DNA of 64,000 nt. Origin: Podarcis vaucheri. Lineage: Eukaryota. Within the stretch, counting starts at the first letter, position 1. Each line of letters starts with the position of its first letter. The stretch lies in NCBI GenBank assembly GCA_965113315.1, contig OZ220363.1. The stretch is one strand, 5' to 3'. Both the position numbers and the translations under genes were made by a program. Shown one piece after another: positions 1-13,146 of this stretch. The notes under the pieces were generated by a model that was not told where the DNA came from, made no database searches, and saw nothing but the letters and a program-made list of their open reading frames with translations.

Positions 1-120
1 TTGGGCCAATCTGTCTCTCAGCCTAGCCTAAGCTCACAAGGTTGTCGTGAGAATAAATGTGGTTTGGGGTGAGGGGAGAGAGAGCAGTGTATACTGCCTC
101 TTAGCTCTTGGAAGGAAGGA
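1..120 (+). mobile_element. Squam3-like SINE, 3' part
   Basis: ctctcagccta...aaggttgtcgtgagaataaa core, also seen in the copy at 15111. Confidence 0.6.
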
Positions 121-1175
121 AATAATGTTTAAAATCTGATACGTAGAACCCATTTCCACACACTCCTTTTTAAAAATCACATCTCTTTGATAGGGAAAAG
201 GTTTCCCACCATGTGCTAAGCCAGGGTAGCCAATGTGATACCTCTCCAGGTGTTATCGAACCACAACTCCCACTATCTCTATTCTTCGGCCAGACTGGCT
301 GAGGCTTATGGAAATTGTAGTCCCCAACACCTAGAGAGCACCACACCTAGCAGCATCAATGTCTGCAGAGCACTGCCACTGTTCTAAGCCTTCCATTGGT
401 AACACATAACAGACAGGATGATACTTTTAAGGAACCAGGATATCTGTGCCACTATTCAGCTTTTCTTACAAATCTGGCTAGATGTAGCCTCATGCAGAAG
501 ACTCATACAGTAGATTGTTCACCCTCTCTCTCTCTTTTGGAAAGCAAATAAAATAAAACTTAAGAACAGGCACACAAAGGGGAACAGGTCCAGATGGAAG
601 GGAGTTCTGTTGCAAATGACATCACAGACAATGTCACAGGGATGTCCATAACACTCACATAACAACATTCCACGCAGCAATAGCATCAGACAAGCTATCA
701 GGGTTTGAGGGGGATAACCATGTACACACTGCATTGAACTCCTTGGAGAAGAGGTATAAATGTAATAACAAATGCACTGCATTTTCTCAGGCACAAAGCA
801 GCACACTTCAGATGCTCAGGAATACAATGTAACACCACAACACAAACACTACCTTTAAGGCAGATATGTAGATTGTGTGCTAGATTTGGGAAGCACATAT
901 CTTAAACTGCATAAAAATGATTGTGCAGAAGATCCTGAGGAATAAGTATTTCTTCCAAAGCCACTGCATAACTCTGTGTCTGTGGATTCCAGGATTCAGC
1001 ACTCTGCATAAAAGTGCGAAGGAGCCCCACTTTTGCTATATTCATTCTTCCATTGTGACCTCTGGAAATTGTCACACTATGGTGTTGTTTTCCTCCAGAA
1101 GAAATCGCCTTGCTTTAAAAACCTATTGGGCTGAATGCAGTATACCTTATCTGGAAATAATGGCTCATGTGCAGC

Positions 1176-1516
1176 AAAGGTTAAAGGTAAAGGGATCCCT
1201 GACCAGTCACAGATGACTCTGGGGTTGCGGCTCTCATCTCACTTTATTGGCCGAGGGAGCCTTTGCACAGCTTCCGGGTCATGTGGCCAGCATGACTAAG
1301 CCGCTTCTGGCGAACCAGAGCAGTGCACAGAAACACTGTTTACCTTCCCGCCGGAGCGGTACCTATTTATCTACTTACACATTGACGTGCTTTCGAACTG
1401 CTAGGTTGGCAGGAGCAGGGACCAAGCAATGAGAGTTCACTCCGTTGCGGGGATTCGAACCGCCGACCTTCTGATCAGCAAGCCCCAGGCTCTGTGGTTT
1501 AGACCACAGCACCACC
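1176..1516 (-). mobile_element. Sauria SINE
   Basis: Pol III B-box GGTTCGAATCC on minus (1451-1461), typical body, (ACCTTT)n tail. Confidence 0.9.
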
Positions 1517-4016
1517 ACTAAATCTTGTTGGAGTCAATGAAATAAGTTAATCCTAGCTCTGTACCTGGAATACTGAGATGTCTACAGGTATATGCATAGT
1601 CAGTTATCAGTGTTCACCATCCATCAAGGATAGAAACCTCCACCCAAATTATGCATCGGAAAATGCCTTTGTACCCTACTATCCATGGCATGCAAACTTC
1701 CATTCAGCAAAAGCTCAAAATACCTTCCTCTCTCCCCCTCCCTCTGTCCCAAGAAATGCTCTTCCTTAGATGATCAAACCTGTAAGAGTTTTCTCCTCTA
1801 AGCTGTCAGTGTCTAGATTCAGATTGCTCCATGCTATTTATGTCTATAAACAATCCTCCTCTCTTTATAATAAACCACATATTCTTCAAATCCAACATCA
1901 GGTTTATTCCTAACTCACCCTTGTATAAGTTGTCCCATGACATGCTGTGACTCAAACTAGCTAAAAACCCAAACATGTGTTCCTGCTGCGCACATGTAAT
2001 CACAGACATGTGTGGACAAGGACATGCAGTAACAATCCAGGTTTATACCACAGTTTATTTCACACTGTCATCAGTAATGGATATTCCTAGGATCTGGACC
2101 TCAGTTGCCTGTGATATGGAAGTGATTGATGAAAATGGAATTCTATTACAGCCCAGAGCTGATAAACATTTCATCTGCAGTACTCAGAATAATAGCCATT
2201 AGAGGATTCCAAAACCGTAATGCTCCTGGCAAGACTATGTATATGCTGAGCTTCTTGGATAGTAGCCATTTGATAACCGTATGTTCTTTACATTCATCTG
2301 GTCTGGGGGGGTTTAACCTTGCAGTCACCAATGGTCTTTGCCATTACTGTAAATGTCATTACAACAACTGTTAAGGAGCTTCTAAGGACAAATGTTTTAG
2401 TTGCTTAAACCCTGCATCTTATCATCACGTACCACACCATTTGTAAAGGAACAAGGTTGCTAGAGATGGAAGAATATTCAGGAAAATCCTAGGGGCTTTT
2501 TAAAAATCACAGGGATCTGTTGTCCCTCTTAAAAACAAAAAAACTGATCCAGCAAGTGAGAGAGTGCTTCCTTCCACCACCAAATGTTTCTCAGGCTTAC
2601 ACTTGTATTTGTTTAATTGTGAAATGAATGTGTTAAATCCATGAAAAGCACATTCATTTAAGCTACATTTCATTATCACATTGTTTTTTAAGTGGATACA
2701 TTTGCAACTCTCTGACACCACAATCCTGTAAGACGTTTCGGTGGTTCAGAAGCTCCTCAGTTCTGTGGGATTTAAGCATAACGGCACTCTCGATCCACAA
2801 CAGATCTGTAGAATATTGCTGTGTGTTTTCATCTGTTTTCAGATTTTTACTGCTTTCTATTTTTATTTTGTTTTAAATAGTTTTATGCTTTTAATTTATT
2901 GTTTTATTTGCTTTGTAAACTGCTTTGAGGTTTGTTTGTTTGTTTTTACAATAAAGCAGTGTATATATTTTATGAAATGAATGAATTAACTCTCTCTGAA
3001 TATCAGACATATATAAAAATGTATGGTTATTAAGATCCACCACCAGACCCACTGCTACTGTGTTTACTGGAGTAATAGGGCTCCCGTGCCTTTAACAGTT
3101 GCTTGGATAAATGGATTTTACTATCATTTCACAGTGCTGCATGAGCAAGGAGGACTGCACTTGCCAAAAATTCCTTCTAAAATGCAACGTGTGAAGGTAC
3201 AGGAGCCCTGTGCTCCTTTTGCATCTCATCAGCCTAGCGGCATTCCACATCCAATCCAGGCAAAGCAGTCCGTCTTGCCTAGGCAACCTGGAGGGAATCG
3301 GACTAGAAAGTTGACTCAGCTTTTTCATGCATTAGCAGCAAGCTCACCAATTACACGTCCAAGCCTGGTTCTTGGAAGTTCTGATGCTCTTAGTTTTGCA
3401 CCGTTCAGTCCCTTTTCAAACCCCTGAGCTCTCTCTCCAGCTCTTCTCAATCTAATCACCTCCCTTGTGCAGTTTATTGATGCATCATTCATGTTACTAA
3501 GCATGTGGTTATGTTGCCTAAGGCTTCTCTGTGCCATTTGCATGTGGGTTTTCCCCAAGTACGTTCTCTTGCACATTGACACTTGCTATTAGGAATGGGC
3601 TGCTTTGCTGTGAGACAGAAGCTGACACACACACAGTAGCTGGCCTTAGGGCATAGTGCTGTGAAAAGGATCCAAAATAGCTAGTGGGGGATGAAAACCT
3701 TTGTGAAGATGGAAGAAGTCTAAAGAGATTAACGCTGAAAAGATGGTGAATCCCAGCCTTTGCCCTGAGGCCAACATAGTGTGATTTCTGAACAAGACAG
3801 CTTTATTAGTGTAAGGTTTCAGTTTTTTTACCCTGGTCAGGGATCTGGCATGTGTATATTTTTGTCAGTGTAGACAATACTGAGTTAGATGAAACAATGG
3901 TCTGATTCAGTGTAAGGCGCTAAGGAGGCTTCCTAGTGTGGTGCCCCATTGCTGGTGTTGAACTGAGATTCAAATGCCACTCTCATCAGCTTCTGTACGT
4001 GAAAAAGGAGGTGCTA

Positions 4017-4234
4017 CAGTGGTACCTCGGGTTAAGAACTTTATTTGTTCTGGATGTCTGTTCTTAACCTGAAACTGTTCTTAACCTGAGGTACCACTTT
4101 AGCTAATGGGGCCTCCCGCTGCCGCCGGAGCCCGATTTCTGTTCTCATCCTGAAGCAAAGTTCTTAACCTGAGGTACTATTTCTGGGTTAGCGGAGTCTG
4201 TAACCTGAAGCGTATGTAACCCGAGGTACCACTG
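4017..4234. mobile_element. Tc1/mariner-type MITE, family A copy 1
   Basis: TIR CAGTGGTACCTCGGGTTA; left TA flank; five copies in the window. Confidence 0.88.
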
Positions 4235-4982
4235 CACCTTGTTCTTGCCTCAGGCAGCAAAATGCCTTGGGTTGGATCAGCTTGCCAGGTATGCTCCCTG
4301 TTATCTGGTACCTGTTCCTGGTACAACAGTGAGACTATTTTGTCTCTAACTTTACATTTGGGGAGATGTTGGAGATACTTTTTAGATGTTGTTAGTTTGT
4401 ACCCATAGGCACTAGAGTGATCTTGCCTCCCTCTCCCTGTTCTCTGCAAATAAAATGGGAAGCAGGGGAGCCCATCTCTAGTGAAGGTTGGTGGGGGGGG
4501 GACCTTTGGCTCTCCAATTGTTGCTGATCTAGGACTCCCATCCGCCATAGCAAGAATGGCTAATGGCCAGGGATGGTGGGAAATGTATTTCAGAAGCAAT
4601 TGGAGGGCCAAATGTTCTCCACACCAGTTCTCGTGCATGTACATGGGCATAAACAGGAAAATGCTTCCATTTCCTCTCTCCCCCAATAACCAAAGCTCAA
4701 AAATGTTTCTGAATATGTCTAAGTATTATTACAGTGGCCATTTTGCAGCGATTACAGTGTAATCAACGCAACCATTGTAAGAGCAAACTATTAAACATTC
4801 CTAAGGGGATGATCAGTATATTAACATGCTCTGCTTCAGAATTTATTGCAGGACAAAAATAGCAGCTATTGTGGAATAAACAAATACAAGATTTAACAGC
4901 TAGCAAAAGAGTCTGCAGCAGTACATAATGACTGGAGTGCAGGGAATTGTTAGGCTGATACGGTCATATAAGTAGCTGTAAT

Positions 4983-5105
4983 CAGTGCTTTTTTTCAGCC
5001 GGAACTTGCTGGCACCTCTCAGGTGGATGCTATTGCTGTTATAAGAGTACAAGGGACATGTTAATGGTGAGTTCCAGTACCTGTTTTTCTAGAAAAATAG
5101 CATGG
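4983..5105. mobile_element. hAT MITE (same family as 63092)
   Basis: TIR CAGTGCTTTTTTTC; TSD gctgtaat/ggtgtaat (7/8). Confidence 0.75.
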
Positions 5106-5896
5106 GGTGTAATAAATGTGCAAGTATCTAGAACTGGAATGAGTAACCTGTGGCCCTGAGGATGTTGTTGGAGTATACTGATTTTGTTTGTGACACTGAT
5201 CCCAGCCGGTGTACGAGCCACACCTGCAAAGGAAGAATTAGGAGCTCACTTTAAACTCCCCAACTGTTCCTTTGTAGCCACATCCTTATGACAACATCAC
5301 ACATGACATCAGGTATGGAGCAGGTGGTTGTGGTTTGGGGAAAACAGCCTTGTGGACCAAATTGGGACTAGTGCTGGGCCAACTTAGAATCATAGGCTAG
5401 AGATTCCCTACTATTGGACTATAAGGTTCATCATCTTCAACAGGTTATCATTCTCTTGTTTAAAACATAAGGAAACCCACGCTGGACCTGATTCAAGCTT
5501 CACCTAGGTCACATTCACACCATACATATGAAGTACTATGATACCACTTTAAACAGTCACGGCTTCCCCCAAAGAACCTTGGGAGCTGTAGTTTATTAAG
5601 GATGCTGAGAGCAGTTAGGAGACATTTATTCCACTCACAGAGCAACAATTCCCAGAGTTCTCTGGTAAGAAGGATTGACTGTTAGAAACAGAATCCAGTG
5701 ACCCTTTACTGTTCTGAAATTGCACAGTAACTTTGGACCTCATAGCTGAAGGGCTCTTTTAGATGTCAAATGTGGTGATCCACGTCAAAATGTGGCAAGC
5801 CATTTTGACATTTCCCCAGAGTGGTTTGAGAGGGCAGTAAGGTGTACTGCAGTGAAATAGTAGAATTATCTGTACATGCCAGGCAAGAGAGGGGTG

Positions 5897-5944
5897 GGAA
5901 GGAAGGAAGGAAGGAAGGAAGGAAGGAAGGAAGGAAGGAAGGAA
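5897..5944 (+). repeat. (GGAA)12 microsatellite
   Basis: Direct reading. Confidence 0.95.
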
Positions 5945-6456
5945 TTATCTATTTTTTTTGATGAAAGAGACAACAAAATTATTAAATACAGAGTCCCAAA
6001 ACAAATTGAGCTGCCTTGCAGGATTTGCTTTGGGACACCAAGTTTGCCTTGTCTCAGATGTGCCTTGCTTCAGGCTTTCCCAGAAGCTGAAAGCAACTTA
6101 TCCTGGATTGAACTCCAGGGCTTATATTTAATTCCTCTGAGGTCTGGCACAGTAATGCAATCTCCTGTCTCAATCCTGCAGGAGCGAGCAACACACCTCC
6201 TCCCCTTTGCATACACAAGAAAGGAAGGGGGACTCATCATTTGATTTCACATGCTGGGCTGCATGGATTGTGAAAGCAGGAGGCCCAGGGTGCCTAGACA
6301 CACAGGCATATTAACAGCACGTACTACTGCCTCAGTATAATGCAAAAAAGCAGGCTGTGCTTCTTGATCTTTTTATGGAGAGAGAACAGCTTCTCCCAGG
6401 GCTGGGTCAAGACATTCCACTGCCTGAGGCAAAGGGTGAGATGGCAGCCTCTTCCA

Positions 6457-6604
6457 CAGTGGCGTAGCGTGCGGGGTGCAGGGGGGGGCCGGCCGCACCG
6501 GGCGCAACATCTGGGAGTTAGGGTTAGGGGGCGCAAATCCACGGGTTAGGGGGCACGAATTACTTGCCTTGCCCCGGGTGCTGACAACCCACGCTACGCC
6601 ACTG
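6457..6604. mobile_element. Young hAT MITE
   Basis: Perfect 15-bp TIR CAGTGGCGTAGCGTG; perfect 8-bp TSD CTCTTCCA; CpGs intact. Confidence 0.92.
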
Positions 6605-9600
6605 CTCTTCCATTCAATTGACAGAAGCTGACCAGACTGGGAGTTGAATCTCATGTCAGCACTGGTGATGGGCCATCCTCCACTGCATCTAAGGGCATCA
6701 GGCTTGCCTAAAGGGTGCACAGATAGACCAGTCCTCCAGCACCTCACTGCACACCAGCATTTGCCATATGAAATGGCAGCCTCACTCTACCTAATGGTAG
6801 CGCCGGCCCCAACATCTCCTATCTTCTGCCTTTTTGCTGTTTAGCTTAACATCCTATCTGATGAAGACTTGTGACGAACCCCGAGGCCTGCTAGTTATTT
6901 TGTTAACAGCTTCCAAAAGCAGAGTCTGTCAGGATTGTATATTTTCAAGGGATCCTTCTGAGGATTAATAGTTTGATGCAGCAAAAGCAACAGTCTTGTA
7001 GCATCTGAAAGACTAATGCATTTATTCTGACAGAAGCACTTGTGGACTAGATATAACACATTTGCTTAAGTCACAATAAACTGACTAGCTTTTCAGGTAC
7101 AGCAAGATTGTTGCTGTTGTTTTTTGTGATGTTTTAGTTGGTTTCAAGTGACGCTAGCAGGAAGCAAAGATGGACATTGGGTGAATGCATAGTAATATTG
7201 TCATTTAAAAGCAACAACCAACATTTCAATATTTTGTGTATGCCAATAGGAGTATAAATGAAGAACACGTGTCACCTGGAGGCTCTTTGCAAGAGGGGAT
7301 CTAGGGGCTTGCCTAATAGAACAGCCTCACAATAACCTCATGCCCAGTTTTGCAAGATCTCCAAGTAGTGATGAAATTGTTCCCTTGCCTTAACAGCTGT
7401 AGCTGTGCCTGATCCACAGTGGAACTCCAGTACACCCAAAACAAGAACTTTTAGTACCAGAGACAGAAAGAGATGGAAAAGTGCTCAGGGGCGTTTTGGT
7501 GTTCCTTACAACTTTATTCTGCTGTCACTCTGACCATAAACCTCTGTTTCTAAACAGATGCCAGAAAAATCTGCTTTTGGATCAGGGTTCAGATCCTACC
7601 TCTTGACAACTCATTGGCATGTCATTACACAATCATAGTCCTGTGTCCTTAAAATGGGGGGGGGGGCAATTACTCTATCTCTCAGAGTTGCTGCTAGGAT
7701 GCAAACTTACTAGGAAGTAGATCCTACTTAAATCAATGAGGCTTTCTTCTGAATAAGCATAGAAAAAGTCATCTTGAAATCTGAAAGACTGTAAAGCACT
7801 TTGTACATTCAAAGAAAGCAAAAGTACCCTTGGCTTCAGTGGTCTCCACACCCCGCCCCTCTTTCCCAAAGTATTTTCTTGCCTCTTTTTAAAGCTTTTT
7901 CAAGCTCCATCTTCTTATCCCCTCACATTTTTCTTCTTGAGGAAAATCTAGCCATTCTCATTTCATTTCTCACAGCTCCCATCCCTCAGACTTATTATAT
8001 TTCCCCATCCTAATTCCTTCCTGCTTTTATTTATTATTCACAGATATGACAAAAGCCAGGAGGAAGATTTACTGACCCTTAAGTGGCAGCCAGCAGAACA
8101 AACTGCAGCATTTAAAAAATATCAGCTTTTCTTTATAAAACTCTCAGGGATTTAATCTCTCCCCTGAAACACTTGCCCTTTCCAAGGCAGCTTTCCAGGG
8201 ATGGGGACTCAGGCTCATTTCTGAATTTAGTGGAACGCCATACAAATGCATGCATGAACCCCCAGAATCAAAAATGCACATCGGAACAAAAGCAGAGTTG
8301 AGGCGGCAAATGCCTTCTCAAAGGCTTTGCTACCGTATGCGTCTTGTGGCTGTCAAGTGCCGTGATCAGCAATTAATTTAATTTGCTCTGTCCCCTTGCG
8401 GCTTGCTTCAGTGCTTCACCCTGTTTCATGTCCTGGTACCCAGATGTTTGGGATTTTCTTATAATAAACAACCCACCACTGCCTGATGCAAAATAGCTTC
8501 GGCTTTGTTATGTTCAGTTTTGCCTTCAACAGTCAAGAATCCAAGAAAGAAAGAAAGTTAATTCTAACTACTACGTTTGAGCACAGATGATCGACATCCT
8601 GCCTCACATCAAACACTGAACATCACCCACACATGCTCCAAGTAAACATGCACACATTTCTCATCTCCATGCAAGCCCTCGGTGAGCTTTAGAGCTCACA
8701 TCCAGAGTGACACCTATTCACATGCGTGCTCGTGAGCTCACATCTGATCAATAACTCACTCCACTCAAGGCTTTCATGTATCAGAACCCATTTTCTGGAC
8801 TATCTGTGCCTCAGCCTCAGCCAGGGAATGGGAGAAAACAGCCATACCTCTGAACCCACACAGAGTGCCTTTTCCTTGCCACCAAGTAACCACAACAAAA
8901 TCCTGTGCATCCTGAGTTAGGCTTGAAGCTGTCCATGGTAGATGGTGTCATTTCTGTGCACACCAGAGTAACATTGTCTCTCATTTTAAAAATATAGCAC
9001 ACACTCGTGGCTTGTCTCTGAGTGCTTGTTCCTCCTTCCCTTGCTGCCTCTCTGTTTCCAGTGAGCACTGCAGCAAAATGTCCCAATTTCCCCTAGTTGC
9101 ACCAAGTCCTTGCAATACAGCTCTCTTACCAGTAGACAGAAGATCCCTGGGTTGGAACAAGGGCCCTGTTTCAAAGTGTCTCCAGGTCTTGGAGTGGCAT
9201 GGCGGCGGCGGCGGAGGCAGATGCTGCTCCGGGTTCCCCGACTACTCTGCCTTACCACCTCATGCTGTTGGCACACAGGACTGCTACTGACGCAGCAGCT
9301 GAGCTTGCACGAAGGAAAAGGAAAAATGATCTCACAGCAGTCCAGCCCTGCCCAGTGCTTTGCCTCTTCACTTAAAGGCACAGAGCTAGAGGCTTACTTG
9401 TCACCCCGCCACCTGGCAAAGCTGATCAGCCTTGGCTCAGAGTTGGAGGAGACAAAAATAGCCGCTCTGACAGTTACAGCATTGGGATGAATACATATAA
9501 CTATGCATAAATATCCATACCTATGTATAAATATCTATACATATGGATGCATCTAATCAGGCAGGTGTTCAGTCCAGTTTGGGGCACCTCCAGAGTGCCA

Positions 9601-9970
9601 CTGTTTTATGGGAGAGATTCATATGCATCCTGGGAAATTTAAGTGCACATAGTTAAAGCAGGTTAATGTATTGTGCCGCACTAGCATGACTTAACACTGA
9701 CTTTTTCCTGAGGTTAGGAATGTGACCAGGGAAAGGCATTGAAAAGGGTGGGATGAATGAATGACTAGCTGGAAGACGTATAAACATGCGGCAAGCAAAT
9801 TAGGATGGATGCTCATTGTTATATAGCCTCCCAGCAAACAAATCAGAACAAACACTCAGTAAAGACCAAATGTAATCTAACCTCCATGCAAGCTTTGTGC
9901 AAGTGAATCAGGATGGAGGCTGAACAAGCAGGTCATCTGGTGGAGTTCTTAGTTCTTGTGAAGCATTCCT

Positions 9971-10522
9971 TTTTTCTATATATATACATTTTTATTCGGT
10001 TTTTTAACATATCATTTCCAACAGTCATATAACATAACTTTTAATCTTATACAATATTTTAGACTTCCATCAGACCTCTGATGATTTTTTGTTCTTTATC
10101 ACTTTTTCTGCATTTCTTAATTTCCCTATTACTCTTAATTGTCATTAACTAATAATTCTCCTCATAGTCTTCGCTGCAATATTTCGAATAATCCTCCTTA
10201 CAAAACTTATTGCAGTCCTACTAGTGTAATCTGTTCAGTACAATTACTTTCCAAATAGTTTGTATATTTACTCCAGTCTTCTAAGAATCTCTGATCCCGC
10301 AGGTTTCGAATCCTTCAAGTTCTGCATAGTCCATCAATTTCATCCTCCATTCTTCTTTTGTTGGTAATTCTTCTTGCTTCCATTTTTGTGCCAATAATAT
10401 TCTTGCTGCCATCATTGCATATAAAAACAACTTACAATCCTGTCTGTTAATCTCATCACCTACAATGCCAAGTAAAAATACTTCTGGTTTCTTAACAAAT
10501 GTATATTTCAACATCTTTTTCA
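9971..10522 (-). mobile_element. 5'-truncated L1-clade LINE
   Basis: ORF2 C-terminal peptide (PEVFLLGI...AARILLAQKWK...EEW); A-rich tail; 17-bp TSD TCTTGTGAAGCATTCCT at 9954 and 10523. Confidence 0.88.
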
Positions 10523-11442
10523 TCTTGTGAAGCATTCCTGCCCATATTACCCTATTCTTGTTAGCTCTGCCACCACTTTAGAATTACCGAGGGGCAGTGA
10601 ATTAGCAAATCCAGAGGGCATTTAAGAATACATGGACTACGCTATTTAGTTCTGCCCTGAGCGATAAGTCATTTTAGAGTTGCATATATTAAGATGCATA
10701 GATATTTGTAAATGCATTAAATGACCAATAAGCCACCAGTCTTTCCTACTGAAGATTTCTAGACTGTCAAATTATTGGGAATGTTCATTGAGGAAGCCTG
10801 CACCAAAGGCCTCCAATGTGAAGATTAATGCTCACCTCCAGTGCTTTCCTTCATGAATAACAGAGCCTTGAGTATCCCTGCTCACATGTTGAATTTCAGT
10901 ATTGTTATATACCACCCCAGCCTCTCAGTGGTGTTAGATTCCAGGGGTCCAGGCATTTACCCAGGGTCTGTGTTTCCTTTCGAAAAGAGGCACAGGAGAG
11001 ACTTGGTATCTTTATGATATATGGTTTATTTATACATATATACAATCTGAGCACAGATGGAGGGAGTGCAGAGTATTTACATCCCAAGAGGGTCCTGTTC
11101 CTTCCATTGCTGCAGCTTCAGACTCTCTCTGTAGCATCAAGCAAACTGCTTGACCACTGTCCATGCTGGCTGGGGAAGATGGGAATTGGAGTCATCTGTT
11201 GGGGAGTGTAGGGAGAGGGAGGAGAGAAGGACAATGGTTCCCCCACCCCAGAAGCATAAATCCTTAGGCTGATTAAGTGTTTGCTTAGTGCTACATTGCA
11301 TTCCACCCCCAAAATATTGGTGACCTACTGCAAGTAACCCAACCATCTACCACTCTCCCTTTTGCCTGCCTCATATAGAAGGTAAGATGACAAATTACTT
11401 GCCCAAGCCTGACTCAGCTTTCTGCAGTGTTGCCCAAGTCCA

Positions 11443-11465
11443 ACACACACACACACACACACACA
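11443..11465 (+). repeat. (AC)n microsatellite
   Basis: Direct reading. Confidence 0.9.
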
Positions 11466-13054
11466 TATGAGAAGAGAGAACACATGCCACCACACTCATC
11501 AGTGGTAGTTGCAGTGGATTTCTAAATCCCTGCCCTACCCACCGGCAAAATATAGGTAGGCCTTGTTGTACCATAGGACAAGTTCCAAGACCACATTAGG
11601 GTGATACCTTTATTAGGGCAACCAAATGAGTTTTTCTATTATCTGTAAACAGAAAAAACCCAGCTGTTTTGTAAATTTGTCTGCATCCTTAGGCAAACCA
11701 CACAGGTTCCTTGCTATGTAGAAAACAGCAATAAAGAGAAACTTGCTTTACTGAATAGCTGGAGGGTTCTGAGCTGTTTGGTATCCTAAACTGGAGGAAT
11801 AGGGTTTTGAACCACCTGAAGATGGGGCTAGGCTCTCTGAGGCAACATATTGTTTCCAAAGAATGAGAGGCAAACATTGTTATGCTTCTTTTCCCCAGTA
11901 GACCAGGTGTGGGAAGCCTTGGGCCCCTCAGCTGTTGCTGAACTACAACTGCCATCAGTCTGGGCAAGTACGGCAAACAGCCAAAGATGATGGGAGATTG
12001 GGAGGCGTTGCTGCTCAGGGAAAGGAGAGGAAAGGCAACCCCATCTTGTGATATATTTATTGCATTGTAGTAATTGGTCACTTTTTTCCTTCAAAAAATG
12101 AAAGTGACTTTCCCCCCACTGCGTTTCTCTTTTAAAGTGAGCCTCACATAACAGCTGCTCTCTGGAGGATTGTATCCAACTTCTACAGCCACAGGATGCA
12201 TTTTCAGATATAATGTGTCAGATATAATGATGCAGCTCAAATGTCTCTGAGGGACCTCTGAGCTAATAATCATACGCTCAGCCCTCATATCCATAATCAC
12301 CTTTATTCAGCTTGTGACAGTAGTGACACCTTTGTGGTAAGTTTGCTTTAAGTGGTCTATTACTTGTTATAAAGTTGTAACATCTCACTATAAAAACATT
12401 TATGGGAAGCGCATGCCTCAGGTATGTGAGATCTAAAAGATCTCTTGCAATCTGAAAACTGAGTACTGTACCATTTAATATAATTCTTAAATAAATATTA
12501 GTTAGTGGAAACATGCTTATTCTTATTGTTTTTGTGAAAACCTCTTAAGAGTTTTATTATTTTGAGCAGTATAATTTTTTGAAAACTAAGTATTAATACC
12601 CAATTTATTAGTACTAATTTTAATGAGGGTGTGTGTGTGTGCTTTGCAATGTATAAATGATTGTATCACAGAGAAGGATCTGACCCAAGCAGAATAACTT
12701 TACTGGGCCATTGCTAGTACAGTGGGGCTTCCCCACCTCTCCTCCCCACCGTTGCTACTCAGATTATTATTTAGGACCATGAGGAAAGACGTCTCTTTCA
12801 GGATTTGAATTGTGGCTTTGATTTAAAGATTTGCCAGCATGGGATGTAAGCATTTATTGCTCAAGACTGTACAAGCCCATTAAGAGTGTGTGTGAATCCT
12901 CATTTTCCAAGATATTTGTTTGCTGCAAAGCTCATGCATGTAGTTTTAATATGCATGTTGAAAGTTGACTTGAGTACAATCCAGTATATACTGTAATCTG
13001 GTATTGGAAACATGGGGAAATGCCTATTGTCTTTCTCTGCAACACAACCCTCTG

Positions 13055-13146
13055 TATAAAGGTGTCCCAGTTTTATCTATGCCATCTGAAGTCTGCATGT
13101 TATAAAGGTGTCCCAGTTTTATCTATGCCATCTGAAGTCTGCGTGT
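13055..13146 (+). repeat. 46-bp tandem duplication
   Basis: Two units with one mismatch. Confidence 0.92.

Noticed and set aside
1440-1516. tRNA gene
   Set aside because: The A/B boxes belong to the tRNA-derived head of a Sauria SINE; no cloverleaf
4177-4686. 169-aa minus-strand ORF
   Set aside because: Non-ATG start, runs through repeat-derived sequence, no recognisable homology
6858-6880. CTGATGA near a Penelope-like remnant, a possible hammerhead ribozyme
   Set aside because: No stem II followed by GAAA; other CTGATGA sites (about 21745 and 51556) also fail
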